A stretch of 64,000 nucleotides of DNA. It comes from an uncultured Pseudomonadales bacterium (GTDB lineage Bacteria > Patescibacteriota > Microgenomatia > UBA1400 > UBA1396). Below, one piece after another: positions 28,599-38,710 of the stretch. Both the position numbers and the translations under genes were made by a program. Within the stretch, counting starts at the first letter, position 1. Each line of letters begins with the position of its first letter. The stretch spans positions 4,058-68,057 of the forward strand of contig CAZFLN010000006.1 in the NCBI GenBank assembly GCA_964519905.1, written 5' to 3'. The notes beneath the pieces were generated by a model that saw only the letters and a list, made by a program, of their open reading frames with translations, had not been told where the DNA came from and did not search any database.

Positions 28599-29273
28599 TT
28601 AAGAAGATTTCTCAGAGTCAGTCTCTAGTCGACGTTGATTCTGTTTCCATTCCGCAATTTTAACGTGATCACCACTGAGCAGAATTTCTGGAACAGCGTG
28701 ATTTTCGTAGACTGCTGGTCGAGAATACGCTGGAACACCAAAAATACCTGGCTCATCATGAGACTCGCCTTGTAAACTGGCTTCATTTCCGAGAACCTCT
28801 GGAAGGAGTCGAACAACAGCATCTGTCATGACTGCCGCTGCTGGTTCGCCTCCAGTCAAAACATAGTCGCCAATTCTTACTTCCTGGTCGATCAAGAACT
28901 CAGCCACTCGCTCGTCAACTCCTTCGTAGTGACCGCAAATTATGCACAGTCGGTTGAGTTGTGCCCAGCTTCGAGCGGTACCCTGTTTGAACACATTTCC
29001 TTTCGCTGAAGTGAGGACGATCAATTCTTCTGGTGTGCCTTTGGCGTATCCGAGGGTTTTCAGTACACGATCAATCGGTTCAATCAGCAATACCATTCCA
29101 GGACCACCGCCGAAGGGTCGATCATCAGTCAGCGCATGCTTTCCGACGCCAAACTCTCTGAGCCCATGAACGGCAATGTTCACTTTGCTGCTGTTTTGTG
29201 CTTTGCCCAAAATGCTCGTGCTGAGCGCGGAAGAAAAGTACTCTGGGAAGATGGTGAGAATGTCAATTGTCAT
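28599..29273 (-). CDS. trmD: tRNA (guanine37-N1)-methyltransferase
   Basis: IDILTIFPEYF N-terminus, GGGPGMV and ICGHYEGVDER motifs. Confidence 0.9.
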   Translation of the reverse strand: MTIDILTIFPEYFSSALSTSILGKAQNSSKVNIAVHGLREFGVGKHALTDDRPFGGGPGMVLLIEPIDRVLKTLGYAKGTPEELIVLTSAKGNVFKQGTARSWAQLNRLCIICGHYEGVDERVAEFLIDQEVRIGDYVLTGGEPAAAVMTDAVVRLLPEVLGNEASLQGESHDEPGIFGVPAYSRPAVYENHAVPEILLSGDHVKIAEWKQNQRRLETDSEKSS

Positions 29274-29300
29274 ATGTGTGGCGATCTGTATACTGTAATT

Positions 29301-30401
29301 ATGTCAAGCGATCGTCCTCCTATTATATCCTGGTTAAACACGTTCGTCTTCGTGGTTCTGGCCGCGGTTGGCATATACTTCTTGCAGGATATTTTGTTAT
29401 TGGCATTTCTGGGGGTCATTTTGGCTTCGGCAGTGCGTCCAGCTGTTCGATTTGGGAAGAAAATTTTCTTGCCGCCAGTCGTATCGATTATCCTGACGTA
29501 TATTGGGCTTTTTGTTGTCATTTCTCTGTTGCTCTCCCTCATTATTCCGCCACTTGCCGCCGAGTCAGTGGGCTTTGTTCAAAAATTGAGTACGTTGTTG
29601 GGAATCCAAGACATGAGGTTTGTGCAAGAAATTTCATTAGATGTCAGTCAGCTTGGTCAGATCGCGCAGAACTTTGAGAGTTACAACGGATTACTGACTC
29701 AGTTGACGGGATCGGTGCAAGTTGTTCTTGGTCTGCTTGCCTCGACATTTACGCTTTTATTTGTGTTGTTTTCTCTCCTGGTGATTGCTTTCCACATGTT
29801 GAGTGACATTGATGGTTTAAGTTTGAGTTATGCATGGATTCTTCCCGGAAAAAATAGGGAAGAAAAGGCACGTTTGGCAGTCAAAATTATGGATACGCTC
29901 ACCAAGCAGCTCGGATCTTGGGTTCGCGGACAACTCTTCCTCATGTTCTTAATTGGATTCTTTACGTACATTGCTTTACTTGCTTTACAGGTTCCATACG
30001 CACTTCCACTGGCAATATTAGCTGGACTCCTTGAGTTTATTCCAAACTTAGGGCCAACAATTGCTGCTATTCCAGCTGTTTTTGTGGCCTTTTTCTTAGT
30101 GAGTCCACTTACTGGATTCCTCACCCTGGGTTTCTACATTTTATTGCAGCAACTAGAGAATAACTTTATTGTTCCGGGAATTATGAAGAATGCGGTTGAT
30201 GTCCAACCACTGACCACAATTCTCCTTCTCTTGATTGGCTTTGAGCTCAAAGGCGTACTTGGAGCTGTGGTGAGTGTTCCTCTGTATGTTGCGGTGCGTT
30301 GTGTCGCGCGCTATATCTGGCCAGATAAAGGGCCATTCGCTGATTTTTCTGAGTATCTCCCTCAGACCAAAAAACCAGCGAAAAAGACGGATTCCGCCTA
30401 G
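29301..30401 (+). CDS. AI-2E family (UPF0118/PerM) transporter
   Basis: 8 TM helices with LLEFIPNLGPTIAAIPAV signature; start chosen after the trmD start codon (ORF opens at 29136). Confidence 0.7.
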   Translation: MSSDRPPIISWLNTFVFVVLAAVGIYFLQDILLLAFLGVILASAVRPAVRFGKKIFLPPVVSIILTYIGLFVVISLLLSLIIPPLAAESVGFVQKLSTLLGIQDMRFVQEISLDVSQLGQIAQNFESYNGLLTQLTGSVQVVLGLLASTFTLLFVLFSLLVIAFHMLSDIDGLSLSYAWILPGKNREEKARLAVKIMDTLTKQLGSWVRGQLFLMFLIGFFTYIALLALQVPYALPLAILAGLLEFIPNLGPTIAAIPAVFVAFFLVSPLTGFLTLGFYILLQQLENNFIVPGIMKNAVDVQPLTTILLLLIGFELKGVLGAVVSVPLYVAVRCVARYIWPDKGPFADFSEYLPQTKKPAKKTDSA

Positions 30402-30430
30402 ATATCAAAAAATTTGCTATAATACACTCG

Positions 30431-30748
30431 AGGTTTGTTTAGACGTTCGCGTAGCTCTTTTTGGAGTTATGAGGAAAGTCCGGACAGCAGAACGCAGGGT
30501 GCCAAGTGAAAGCTTGGGGGCATGGCAACATGCAACAGTGAGAGCCACAGAAACGATCCGGGTAACGCCGGCTGAAACGCCAAGTGGTCCTTCATCGAGA
30601 GATGAATGAGGCAATCCTCCCCGCTGCAACCGCCGATTTTCACCGTGTTGGATGCGTTCCCAGCTGCTTTTGCAGCCGGTGATAAGGTTGCGGGCATCAG
30701 AGAAATGAACGTCCCCGACAGAATCTGGCTTATCGAACAGACCTCAGT
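30431..30748 (+). ncRNA. rnpB: RNase P RNA (bacterial type, reduced length of about 318 nt)
   Basis: GAGGAAAGTCCGGAC P4 5' strand; ACAGAATCTGGCTTATCG P4 3' strand; P1 pairing aggtttgtt/aacagacct; TATAAT at 30416-30421; hairpin terminator at 30754-30781. Confidence 0.8.
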
Positions 30749-30814
30749 ACATGAAACAGCAAGATCCTCAAGATCTTGCTGTTTCGGTATTCAGACTGGT
30801 GTATACTGATACAC

Positions 30815-31531
30815 ATGTACGAGTTTTTTTCTCCGCTCACTGTCCCTTCTCACTGGATTTACGCCGCTCCACTCCTTTCTTTGTGGCGCGTTTTGGCCAG
30901 TATTTTGATTGTTTTGCTTGGTATGTTGTTGGCTGGGAAAGTGACTGGTTGGTTGCGCCGGTTAGCACGATCAGCTTCTGTAGCCCCAGCCGTAAAAGAC
31001 TCTCCAGTGAGTTCACTCTGGGAAACGACACAAGGACTCAAAGGCACTGGTGTTGTGAGTACGATTATTTTTTGGATGGTGCTGCTTCCATTTATTGCTT
31101 GGGCGGGTGACGTTTTAGGGATTCGTTTCCTTTCAGAAATTGTGAACACCATTATTCGTTTGATTCCTCGCCTCTTTTCAGCGACTATTGTTTTGATCCT
31201 GGGTGTTGTCCTCGCCGGAGTTGGGGAACGACTTATCAAGCAGCAGGCTAAGCGATATGCTCCGCAGCAGTCGGTGTTAGTGGGTACTTTCTTTAGTTAT
31301 GCCATTATGATCTTATTTGGATTGATGGCGATTTCTGAATTAGGAATTGCGAGTAACTTTATTTTGCTTCTCTTCTCTGGCTGCGTATTTGCTTTTGCTC
31401 TTGCGGTTGGTTTGGCGTTTGGTCTTGGAGCAAAAGATCTTGTTGCTGAATCCTTACACGCCATGGTTTCTGATGAGCGTGCTCGTCGAACTCCTTCTGA
31501 GGCAAAGACTAAGAAGTCGAAGAAAGAGTAA
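30815..31531 (+). CDS. membrane protein with conserved TM-helix repeats (MscS-associated-like)
   Basis: 4-5 TM helices; lysine-rich C-terminal tail; start at MYEFFSP. Confidence 0.45.
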   Translation: MYEFFSPLTVPSHWIYAAPLLSLWRVLASILIVLLGMLLAGKVTGWLRRLARSASVAPAVKDSPVSSLWETTQGLKGTGVVSTIIFWMVLLPFIAWAGDVLGIRFLSEIVNTIIRLIPRLFSATIVLILGVVLAGVGERLIKQQAKRYAPQQSVLVGTFFSYAIMILFGLMAISELGIASNFILLLFSGCVFAFALAVGLAFGLGAKDLVAESLHAMVSDERARRTPSEAKTKKSKKE

Positions 31532-31533
31532 AC

Positions 31534-32361
31534 ATGATCTGGTGGCAGGCGCTTTTGCTGGGAGTGGTTCAAGGGATAACTGAGTTCTTACCGATTTCGA
31601 GTGATGGTCACTTGGTTTTGTTCCGATCTTTTCTTGATCTGCGAGAAACTCCCATAACGTTTGACATTTTTGTGCATGCCGGAACACTGGGAGTCATTCT
31701 TGTGTACTTCCGGAAACAGTTACTGGCTTTGCGTCTCTATGATTGGTTCATGTTGGGTATAGCGACTATTCCAGCCGCTTTCTTCGGTGTCTTAATTCGT
31801 GATTCTCTTTCTTCATTGCAGCAATCAGCGTATGTGGTGGCAGCATCATTTTTTATAACCGCTCTTTTTGTTTGGTTAGCTGATGCGTTATGGACACAAC
31901 ACAAAGAACATCCTTTCTCTGTCGTAAATTTTGTTGTGGAGAAAGTAGAAACTCTCGCCAAACGGTTTCATTCTCCAAACCGCGTGACAGTTACGCCACT
32001 TCAAGCCTTTTTAGTGGGACTTTTTCAAGCATTGGCAATATTACCAGGTGTTTCCCGATCTGGAAGCACGCTTTTCGGCAGTGCGGTTGTTGGCCTCAAG
32101 CGAGAAGACGCTTTCCCGTTCGCTTTTGTGGTTGGCGTTCCAGCTATTCTTGGTGCCGTGGGATACGATCTTTTGGCTGTGCTTTCGAGCGGTGAGGCGA
32201 TGCAACAGCAATGGGATATCTATCTTCTTGGAGCCCTTGCAGCCGCGGTAAGTGGGTGGTTTGCCCTCAGTTTATTAGGGAAGATTATGCAGCGAGCACG
32301 CCTGCATTGGTTTGCCATGTATTGTTTGGCTGTTAGTATTTTGTCGCTTTTTGTGGTGTAA
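31534..32361 (+). CDS. uppP: undecaprenyl-diphosphatase
   Basis: GVVQGITEFLPISSDGHLV and PGVSRSGST motifs. Confidence 0.9.
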   Translation: MIWWQALLLGVVQGITEFLPISSDGHLVLFRSFLDLRETPITFDIFVHAGTLGVILVYFRKQLLALRLYDWFMLGIATIPAAFFGVLIRDSLSSLQQSAYVVAASFFITALFVWLADALWTQHKEHPFSVVNFVVEKVETLAKRFHSPNRVTVTPLQAFLVGLFQALAILPGVSRSGSTLFGSAVVGLKREDAFPFAFVVGVPAILGAVGYDLLAVLSSGEAMQQQWDIYLLGALAAAVSGWFALSLLGKIMQRARLHWFAMYCLAVSILSLFVV

Positions 32362-32370
32362 AGTTTTTAC

Positions 32371-33771
32371 ATGATCTTTGGAAGAGTGCGAACAAGTGCT
32401 GGTGTGATTCGAGTACCAATTCGAGTGAGTATAGTCCGTTCTGGTCTGCCTCAGTTTCGGATACTTGGTATTCCCCAAGCAAGTGAGTTGGAGAAAATGA
32501 TTTTGGCAGGATTGCGGGCGGCTGATATTCATCTGCCGCCCGCAAAAATAACCATCTTTTGCGATGCTCCAACAAATCTAAAAGTGCTTTCAATACAACC
32601 TTTAGGATTAGCAATGTGTGCAGCAATTCTAAATGAGCAAAACAAATTGCCGCAGCAGCAAACAGATTTTGTTGGAAATGTTTCAATCGATGGAAGCATT
32701 TTTCTCTCACCGGATGATATCCCTCTCCTCTTTTCGTATCCAGATGTTTCTGTGAGTGGACCAAAGATATCTTCCAGAATTCATGCCGCTTTGGGAAAGG
32801 AGTATGTCGCCTGGCATTCATTGCGTGATATGAGCAAGGCTTCAGGATTTGTTTTCAAGCAAAAAGATTGGAAAGACATTGTTCCGCTACGACCAAAAAG
32901 ATCATTACCAGCGCTTGAAGAAGATCATCTCCTCGTTTTAGCACTCATTTGGGCTGGCGGACACAACACTGTATTTTTCGGGAGCCCTGGAGAAGGGAAA
33001 ACACTTTCCCGGTACTGGCTTGAGTCCCTCTCTCCCGATTTTTCATTAGAAGACTCAAGAGTTTTGGCACACTTTTTTCAGTTTCCCGATTCTGAGATGA
33101 ATCGCGTTCTTCTCCCTCCTGCCTCAGATTCTCTCACTTCTTGGCAGAAGCATTGGTCTGGTTGGTTAGCTCGTGGTTCAAAAAGAGTGCTTTGGATTGA
33201 TGAGTTGCCGCATGTTTCACCAAGTGTCCGATCAAGCCTTCGGTCCTGGATGGAATCAAGTGATCAGCAGACCGCTTCATGGAAAGACGATGGATGGAGC
33301 ACCACTTTTGTCGCAACGATGAATGTCTGCCCTTGTGGTTCATATGGAGAGCAGTCTTGCGTTTGCTCTGCAGGGGAAGTTCGCCAACACTTAAAAAAAG
33401 TTTCTTGGCCATTACTTGAGCGTTTTTCTCTTCAATTACGTATATTTAGAACTAATATTCATCAACCAGCAGATCAGATTCAACTTGATCTCAATACACT
33501 CAAAAAAAGAATTCGGCTTGCTCGGCAGTGCTCAACAACTCGAGCAGGAAAGTTGAATGCACAGTGTTCGTTTGATGAGTTATCGGCAGAAATGCGTTTA
33601 GACTCTCGATGGAAACATCGACTGCGAGGTTGGTCTCTTCGTCGGCAGCTTCAGTTTCTGCAAGTGGCTCAAACGTTGAAAGATGGTGAATGGGAGCCAT
33701 CCAAAGAACAGGCTTTTCAGCGTGCTTGGCATTTGTGTCGCGGTTTAGAAAGTATTCGCTCGAAGTTATAA
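32371..33771 (+). CDS. YifB/ComM-family Mg-chelatase-like ATPase
   Basis: Lon-like N-terminal domain (GLPQFRILGIP...KITIFCDAP); Walker A GSPGEGKT; Walker B LWIDELPH. Confidence 0.65.
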   Translation: MIFGRVRTSAGVIRVPIRVSIVRSGLPQFRILGIPQASELEKMILAGLRAADIHLPPAKITIFCDAPTNLKVLSIQPLGLAMCAAILNEQNKLPQQQTDFVGNVSIDGSIFLSPDDIPLLFSYPDVSVSGPKISSRIHAALGKEYVAWHSLRDMSKASGFVFKQKDWKDIVPLRPKRSLPALEEDHLLVLALIWAGGHNTVFFGSPGEGKTLSRYWLESLSPDFSLEDSRVLAHFFQFPDSEMNRVLLPPASDSLTSWQKHWSGWLARGSKRVLWIDELPHVSPSVRSSLRSWMESSDQQTASWKDDGWSTTFVATMNVCPCGSYGEQSCVCSAGEVRQHLKKVSWPLLERFSLQLRIFRTNIHQPADQIQLDLNTLKKRIRLARQCSTTRAGKLNAQCSFDELSAEMRLDSRWKHRLRGWSLRRQLQFLQVAQTLKDGEWEPSKEQAFQRAWHLCRGLESIRSKL

Positions 33772-35016
33772 CTCTAACACTGCTGATTCAAGCGCTTCAT
33801 CTGCTTCGGTCTCAGGGTTGTCTATCATTTCGATGTCTGGTGCAAGACCAGTGTCTTGAATGGAAGCGCCAGATGGGAGAAGCCACTTGGCAATGGTGAT
33901 GTTCACGCCTGAACCATCAGGGAGACTTTGAGCGTCCTGAACCGTTCCTTTGCCAAAAGTATTTTCTCCAACCAGTTTTGCCTGGCGACGGTCTCGGAGC
34001 GCGCCGGCTAAGATTTCCGAGGCAGAGGCACTGCCTTTGTTGACGAGGATACTCACAGGAATATTTTCAAGTCGAGGACTTCTTGTTGGCCGATAGTTTT
34101 CAGAAAGAGTTCTGCCTTGCTGTGAAACAACGATTCCACCACTAAAGAAGTCACTTCCAATCACAATTGCGTCTTGAAGGTACCCTCCAGGATTATTGCG
34201 AAGATCGAGTACTAGACCAGAGATATTTTGTCGCTGCAACTCTGTTACCGCTGTATTCCACTCATCAATGGTTTTTTCACCAAAGGTGCTGAGCGAAATA
34301 ACGCCAATTTTTTTCCCGTCTCGCTCAATAATTTCATGCTCAACAGAAGGCACAACAATTGGTTGACGGGTAATCTGAACATCTCGAGGATCTTCCCCTT
34401 TCGTGATGAGGGAGAGTGTCACTTTACTTCCTCGACGACCGCGAATCAGTGTGACTGCCTCATCGGCGCTCATTCCTACGGCATCGACATTGATATCTCT
34501 CTCAGAGTCTTGGATACGTACAATGTAATCGCCTGCTTTCACACCCGCTGCTTCGGCAGGTTGTCCTTTGAGAGGGGCGATAACTGCGAGTTGTTGATCA
34601 ATGTACCCAAGTTGAATCCCAACACCGTTAAACTCCCCGAGCAAATCTTCTTCTAAGCGAGTTTTACTGCTTGGCTCGAGAAACACTGTGTACGGATCAT
34701 CGAGGGATTGAGTCAGACCAGAAATAGCTCCATAGAGCATTTTTTGAGCGTCCAACTTGCTTGGATCATAGTAGTCTCTCTCGAGTCGCATCCACACATC
34801 CCAGAATTGCGAGAAATCAATTTCTTGCAGTTTATCTGGAGGAGTAGTATTCACCAACCGAGCAATTTGACTCCCACTCGGCTGATTGTTCCAGAGTCCA
34901 ATCATTTGACGAAATGTCAGACCAGACCCAAAACGGAGCCCAAGGAGCAAGAAAATTGCTGCCACGGCTAAGTGAGAGAGAAAATAAAATCCAGATCTGG
35001 AAGAACGTTGGTGCAT
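33766..35016 (-). CDS. ctpA: carboxy-terminal processing protease (S41 family)
   Basis: PDZ region; LVLDLRNNPGGYL and LVNKGSASASEILAGAL S41 motifs; N-terminal TM. Confidence 0.85.
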   Translation of the reverse strand: MHQRSSRSGFYFLSHLAVAAIFLLLGLRFGSGLTFRQMIGLWNNQPSGSQIARLVNTTPPDKLQEIDFSQFWDVWMRLERDYYDPSKLDAQKMLYGAISGLTQSLDDPYTVFLEPSSKTRLEEDLLGEFNGVGIQLGYIDQQLAVIAPLKGQPAEAAGVKAGDYIVRIQDSERDINVDAVGMSADEAVTLIRGRRGSKVTLSLITKGEDPRDVQITRQPIVVPSVEHEIIERDGKKIGVISLSTFGEKTIDEWNTAVTELQRQNISGLVLDLRNNPGGYLQDAIVIGSDFFSGGIVVSQQGRTLSENYRPTRSPRLENIPVSILVNKGSASASEILAGALRDRRQAKLVGENTFGKGTVQDAQSLPDGSGVNITIAKWLLPSGASIQDTGLAPDIEMIDNPETEADEALESAVLEL

Positions 35017-35081
35017 AGAATTGATAGACTCCTACTGTACCAGAACTTTGATTGTTCTACCAGATACAACCAGCTGCTCGA

Positions 35082-35276
35082 TTAGAGCATGCTGGTGTAT
35101 GGAAGCAGAGACAATTGGCGAGCGCGCTTGATCTCTCGTGAGACTTTGCGTTGGACCTTGGCTGTGACGCCAGTCTTAGCCCGTGGCATCATACTGCCAG
35201 ATGGAGTCAAGAATTGACGTAAGAGTTTTGTGTTTGTGTAGTGAACCTCATCGAGGTTAATAATTCGTTTTGCCAT
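35082..35276 (-). CDS. rpsR: 30S ribosomal protein S18
   Basis: LLRQFLTPSG...IKRARQLSLLPY. Confidence 0.85.
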   Translation of the reverse strand: MAKRIINLDEVHYTNTKLLRQFLTPSGSMMPRAKTGVTAKVQRKVSREIKRARQLSLLPYTSML

Positions 35277-35306
35277 AGTTTCTTTCTAAATTCGTAATTT
35301 GGTGTT

Positions 35307-35750
35307 TTAAAAAGGAATGTCATCAGCCAGATCGTCAATTCCTGAAGTGACACTATCGTCGATGGCGAGACCGTTGTCGTTCGGAGCGGCGTTATCTGGA
35401 GACATTCCAGCTCCGCCTCTACTATCGAGCGCAATGACGTTCTCAGCCACGATTTCAGTTGTCTGGCGCTTCTGACCCTCTTTGGTTTCCCATTCGCGGG
35501 TGCGAAGACGACCTTCAACAAAAACTTTTCGACCCTTCTGGATGATTTGGCCGACAATTTCAGCCAGCTTTCCCCAGACAACCACTCGAGAGAACTCAGT
35601 TTCTTCTTGGGTTTGACCATTTGTATCGTTCCAACTGCGGTTGGTAGCGATACTAAAGTTAGCAACTGCCGTATTTTGCGCGGTGAAGCGAACTTCTGGG
35701 TCGCGAACGACGTTGCCAATGAGAAGAACTTTGTTGAGTGATCGAGCCAT
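35307..35750 (-). CDS. ssb: single-stranded DNA-binding protein
   Basis: OB-fold N-terminus MARSLNKVLLIGNV...; acidic tail ending DDIPF. Confidence 0.9.
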   Translation of the reverse strand: MARSLNKVLLIGNVVRDPEVRFTAQNTAVANFSIATNRSWNDTNGQTQEETEFSRVVVWGKLAEIVGQIIQKGRKVFVEGRLRTREWETKEGQKRQTTEIVAENVIALDSRGGAGMSPDNAAPNDNGLAIDDSVTSGIDDLADDIPF

Positions 35751-35770
35751 GAGCTTCCTTTCGTAATCGT

Positions 35771-36061
35771 TTATTCTTCTTTGAGGGTAACCAGGTGTCG
35801 GAGGACTCCTTCAGTGAGCTTGAGTGTGTTCTCAAGTTCAGCAACCTTTGAGCCATCGAGCTCTACGGTGTAGAAGGTGTAGTAAGCCTCTGTATGGCCT
35901 GCCAATGGATAGGCGGTAGCCTTACGACCCCAAGCATCTTCTGCGGTGATGTTTCCCTCAATCTTTGAGAGCATTGCCTTGAAACTGTGACCAAATCGCT
36001 CAAATTCAGCTTCGGTCATTTCTGGAGTAACAACAATGGCTACTTCATAGGTGCGCATCAT
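35771..36061 (-). CDS. rpsF: 30S ribosomal protein S6
   Basis: MMRTYEVAIVV start within ORF 35771..36145; rpsF-ssb-rpsR gene order. Confidence 0.8.
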   Translation of the reverse strand: MMRTYEVAIVVTPEMTEAEFERFGHSFKAMLSKIEGNITAEDAWGRKATAYPLAGHTEAYYTFYTVELDGSKVAELENTLKLTEGVLRHLVTLKEE

Positions 36062-36225
36062 ATTTTCCTTTCTTTCCTTCGCGGCGCGTGTTTGGTTCGT
36101 TATGCAGGATGCAGAACGAGCGAAGGTAGCCATATTGTACCACAATCAAGTTTTTACTCTGTGTGTTTTTTAGCACACAATTCTTACAAAAAGCTTACAA
36201 AATAGAAGTTTTTTCTGGATAAGTG

Positions 36226-37308
36226 TTAGGAACCAATGAGAAACTCAACGACATCGTCTTCTTGCATACTATAGTCGCGACCTTCTTGTCTGAGTTTTCC
36301 TTGCTCTTTAGCACCTTTCCAGCCACCAACAGAGACAAAATCTTCAAACCGAACGACATTGGCTCGAATAAAATGCTTTACAAAATCTGTGTGAATGACG
36401 CCAGCAGCATCTGGCGCGAGAGTGCCACGGCGAATAGTCCAGGCTCGTACTTCTTTTTCTCCGGCAGTGTAGTAGCTCTGGAGCCCTAAGAATGAGTATG
36501 ACTTTTGAATAAGGTTCTCAAGACCAGTTTGAGTGAGTCCAGCTGCTTCCAAGAACTCAATTCGTTCTTCTGGGGAAAGTTGAACGAGTTCAGATTCGAG
36601 TTTGGCGCAAATGACAACAATTCTCTCTGGAGGAATGCTGAGTAATGTACTGAATTCTTCGACGATTTTATCAGAAGACTCGAGCTGCTCTTCACTTACA
36701 TTCAGTGCCACCATTTCTGGTTTTGCACTCAAGAGTCCAAGTTCGGTGGCCAATTTTTCTTCTTCTGGAGTTTCAATGACGCTCCGCAGCGAAGTGCCGG
36801 CTCCTAAAGTTTCTTTCCAGCGTTGAATGGTTTCCCAGCGAGCTGTCTGTTCGCGACTCACCTGACCTTTGGGGAGTGATTGTTTTTCTACGGTAGCCAG
36901 GTCAGAGAGCTGGAGCTCAGTGGTAATGGTTTCGTAATCATCCTTTGGGCTGACACTTCCCTCTTTCAAAATGTTGCTGTCCTCAAAGGCACGGACAACA
37001 TGGAGGACAAACTGCACATTTCGAATGTGTGAGAGGAACTTATTGCCAAGACCGGCGCCTTCGGCGGCACCTTTTACCAAACCAGCAATGTCAACGAACT
37101 CAATAGTGGCAGGAACAATCGTATTTGTTTTTGCAACTGCTTGGAGAGCCTCAAGTTTGGGATCTGGAACTGGAACCACGCCTACGTTCGGTTCAATGGT
37201 CGCAAAAGGATAGTTCGCGGCCAGGGCAGCTTGTTTTTGCAACAGGGCGTTAAAGAGAGTTGATTTTCCAACGTTTGGGAGACCAACAATTCCGACAGAC
37301 AGTGACAT
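36226..37308 (-). CDS. ychF: ribosome-binding ATPase YchF
   Basis: GIVGLPNVGKSTLFNAL and NYPFATIEPN motifs; C-terminal TGS domain. Confidence 0.9.
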   Translation of the reverse strand: MSLSVGIVGLPNVGKSTLFNALLQKQAALAANYPFATIEPNVGVVPVPDPKLEALQAVAKTNTIVPATIEFVDIAGLVKGAAEGAGLGNKFLSHIRNVQFVLHVVRAFEDSNILKEGSVSPKDDYETITTELQLSDLATVEKQSLPKGQVSREQTARWETIQRWKETLGAGTSLRSVIETPEEEKLATELGLLSAKPEMVALNVSEEQLESSDKIVEEFSTLLSIPPERIVVICAKLESELVQLSPEERIEFLEAAGLTQTGLENLIQKSYSFLGLQSYYTAGEKEVRAWTIRRGTLAPDAAGVIHTDFVKHFIRANVVRFEDFVSVGGWKGAKEQGKLRQEGRDYSMQEDDVVEFLIGS

Positions 37309-37323
37309 GGTGTGTATTCTACC

Positions 37324-38304
37324 CTATCTCCGGAGATATCGATTGATATTTTGCAGGTGTACCTCATAACTCGGAGTGAAGAACATTTGGCTCCCATCGA
37401 GCGTAGAGATGTAGTAAATATCTTGGCTTGGTGTTGGATTCAAAACAGCATGGAGCGCGTCTTTCCCAGGGTTAGCAATTGATCCGGCTGGCAAACCAGT
37501 ATGCATGTAGGTGTTGTATGGTGAATCGATATTCTTGTCTGCTGCGAGCGGCACCGGCCACCAAGTTTTTTTAGTCGAGTCGTATCCTTTCGCGTACTGC
37601 AGTGTAGCGTCAATTTGGAGCGGCATTCCAATTTCCAGACGATTAAAAAGGATTCCCGCCACCCGACGCATGTCCTCAGGCTTTTTTGCTTCTCTTTGAA
37701 CCAGAGCAGCAAGATTTACTAAATCGTCTTGATCCCACTGATCTCTGGCTGGACTCGTGGACAGGAGTGCTTCCCATTGCGTATCAAATTGATTCCGTAG
37801 GCGCTGACAGGCTTGTTGCAGTGTCGTTCCCGGGACAAAGCTATATGTTTCTGGGAACAAAAAACCATTGTATTGCAGACAAGTTTCTGCTCCCGCTTGA
37901 TCTGTACCAAGTTGTGTGGCAAGGATTTCCACTACTTCCTCGGCCCGGTGCCCTTCTGGAATAGTGACGCGAATATCAGAGGTATTTCGAGTGAGTTTTT
38001 GAGCAATTTCAAAGGCACTGTTATTGGGAGCAAGTTCGTATACACCAGCTTGCAAAGATCCACCGAGGTTTTGGAGCCGAACTGCCAAACGGAAGCCAAA
38101 TTCACTCTTAATGAGTTTTTTTTCTTCCAAAATGTTTCCGATTCGAGTTTGAGACGCTCCTTGCGGGATCTCTACACGAATTGTTTGCGCATCATCAGGA
38201 TTTGGTGCAGCAAAGAGCACCCAGACTCCAGCCACGACGGCAACTCCACTGGCAAAAATTCCTCCCAGCAAAACGAAAGCGAGAATTTTGAGAATCGGTT
38301 TCAT
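37324..38304 (-). CDS. mltG: endolytic murein transglycosylase MltG (YceG)
   Basis: N-terminal TM; YceG-like conserved C-terminus (LQIDATLQYAKG, PYNTY). Confidence 0.85.
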   Translation of the reverse strand: MKPILKILAFVLLGGIFASGVAVVAGVWVLFAAPNPDDAQTIRVEIPQGASQTRIGNILEEKKLIKSEFGFRLAVRLQNLGGSLQAGVYELAPNNSAFEIAQKLTRNTSDIRVTIPEGHRAEEVVEILATQLGTDQAGAETCLQYNGFLFPETYSFVPGTTLQQACQRLRNQFDTQWEALLSTSPARDQWDQDDLVNLAALVQREAKKPEDMRRVAGILFNRLEIGMPLQIDATLQYAKGYDSTKKTWWPVPLAADKNIDSPYNTYMHTGLPAGSIANPGKDALHAVLNPTPSQDIYYISTLDGSQMFFTPSYEVHLQNINRYLRR

Positions 38305-38696
38305 AGAATTTCTCCTGAGTGATCATCGAGATATCGCTCCAAAATAATGGCCGCGGCATAGTGATCAATCGGCTGATTTTTTCTGGCTTTTCCCGGGACT
38401 CTGGCTTCGCGAAGTTTTCTTTCTACTTCTACGGAACTCAGCGTTTCGTCAACAAAAATTACTGGCAGATTCAATGTTTCGGCAATTGATTCTCCCCAGG
38501 ATTTACTTTCGTCGGCCATATTTTGTTCACTCACGCCAACCACCAAGCTCTGAATATCGTATTGGCGTTGGAGAGATCGAATGAACTCAATTGTTTTTTC
38601 TGGTGAAATGACTTCAAGTGGCTCTGCAAGTGTTCCTGCGGAAAGAGCGACTCCAACCCGAGCGCGACCATAATCCAAAGCGAGAATTCTTGACAT
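38301..38696 (-). CDS. ruvX: YqgF/RuvX Holliday-junction resolvase-like pre-16S rRNA nuclease
   Basis: MSRILALDYGRARVGVALS N-terminus; start is the internal Met of ORF 38301..38792. Confidence 0.85.
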   Translation of the reverse strand: MSRILALDYGRARVGVALSAGTLAEPLEVISPEKTIEFIRSLQRQYDIQSLVVGVSEQNMADESKSWGESIAETLNLPVIFVDETLSSVEVERKLREARVPGKARKNQPIDHYAAAIILERYLDDHSGEIL

Positions 38697-38710
38697 CTCT
38701 CTATTGTACG

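Noticed and set aside
29136-29300. Upstream extension of the AI-2E transporter ORF
   Set aside because: It would overlap about 140 nt of trmD on the opposite strand; the Met at 29301 precedes the first TM helix.
30274-30809. Four overlapping ORFs (30274..30609, 30417..30629, 30467..30697, 30606..30809)
   Set aside because: They lie on the RNase P RNA gene; the RNA motifs explain the locus.
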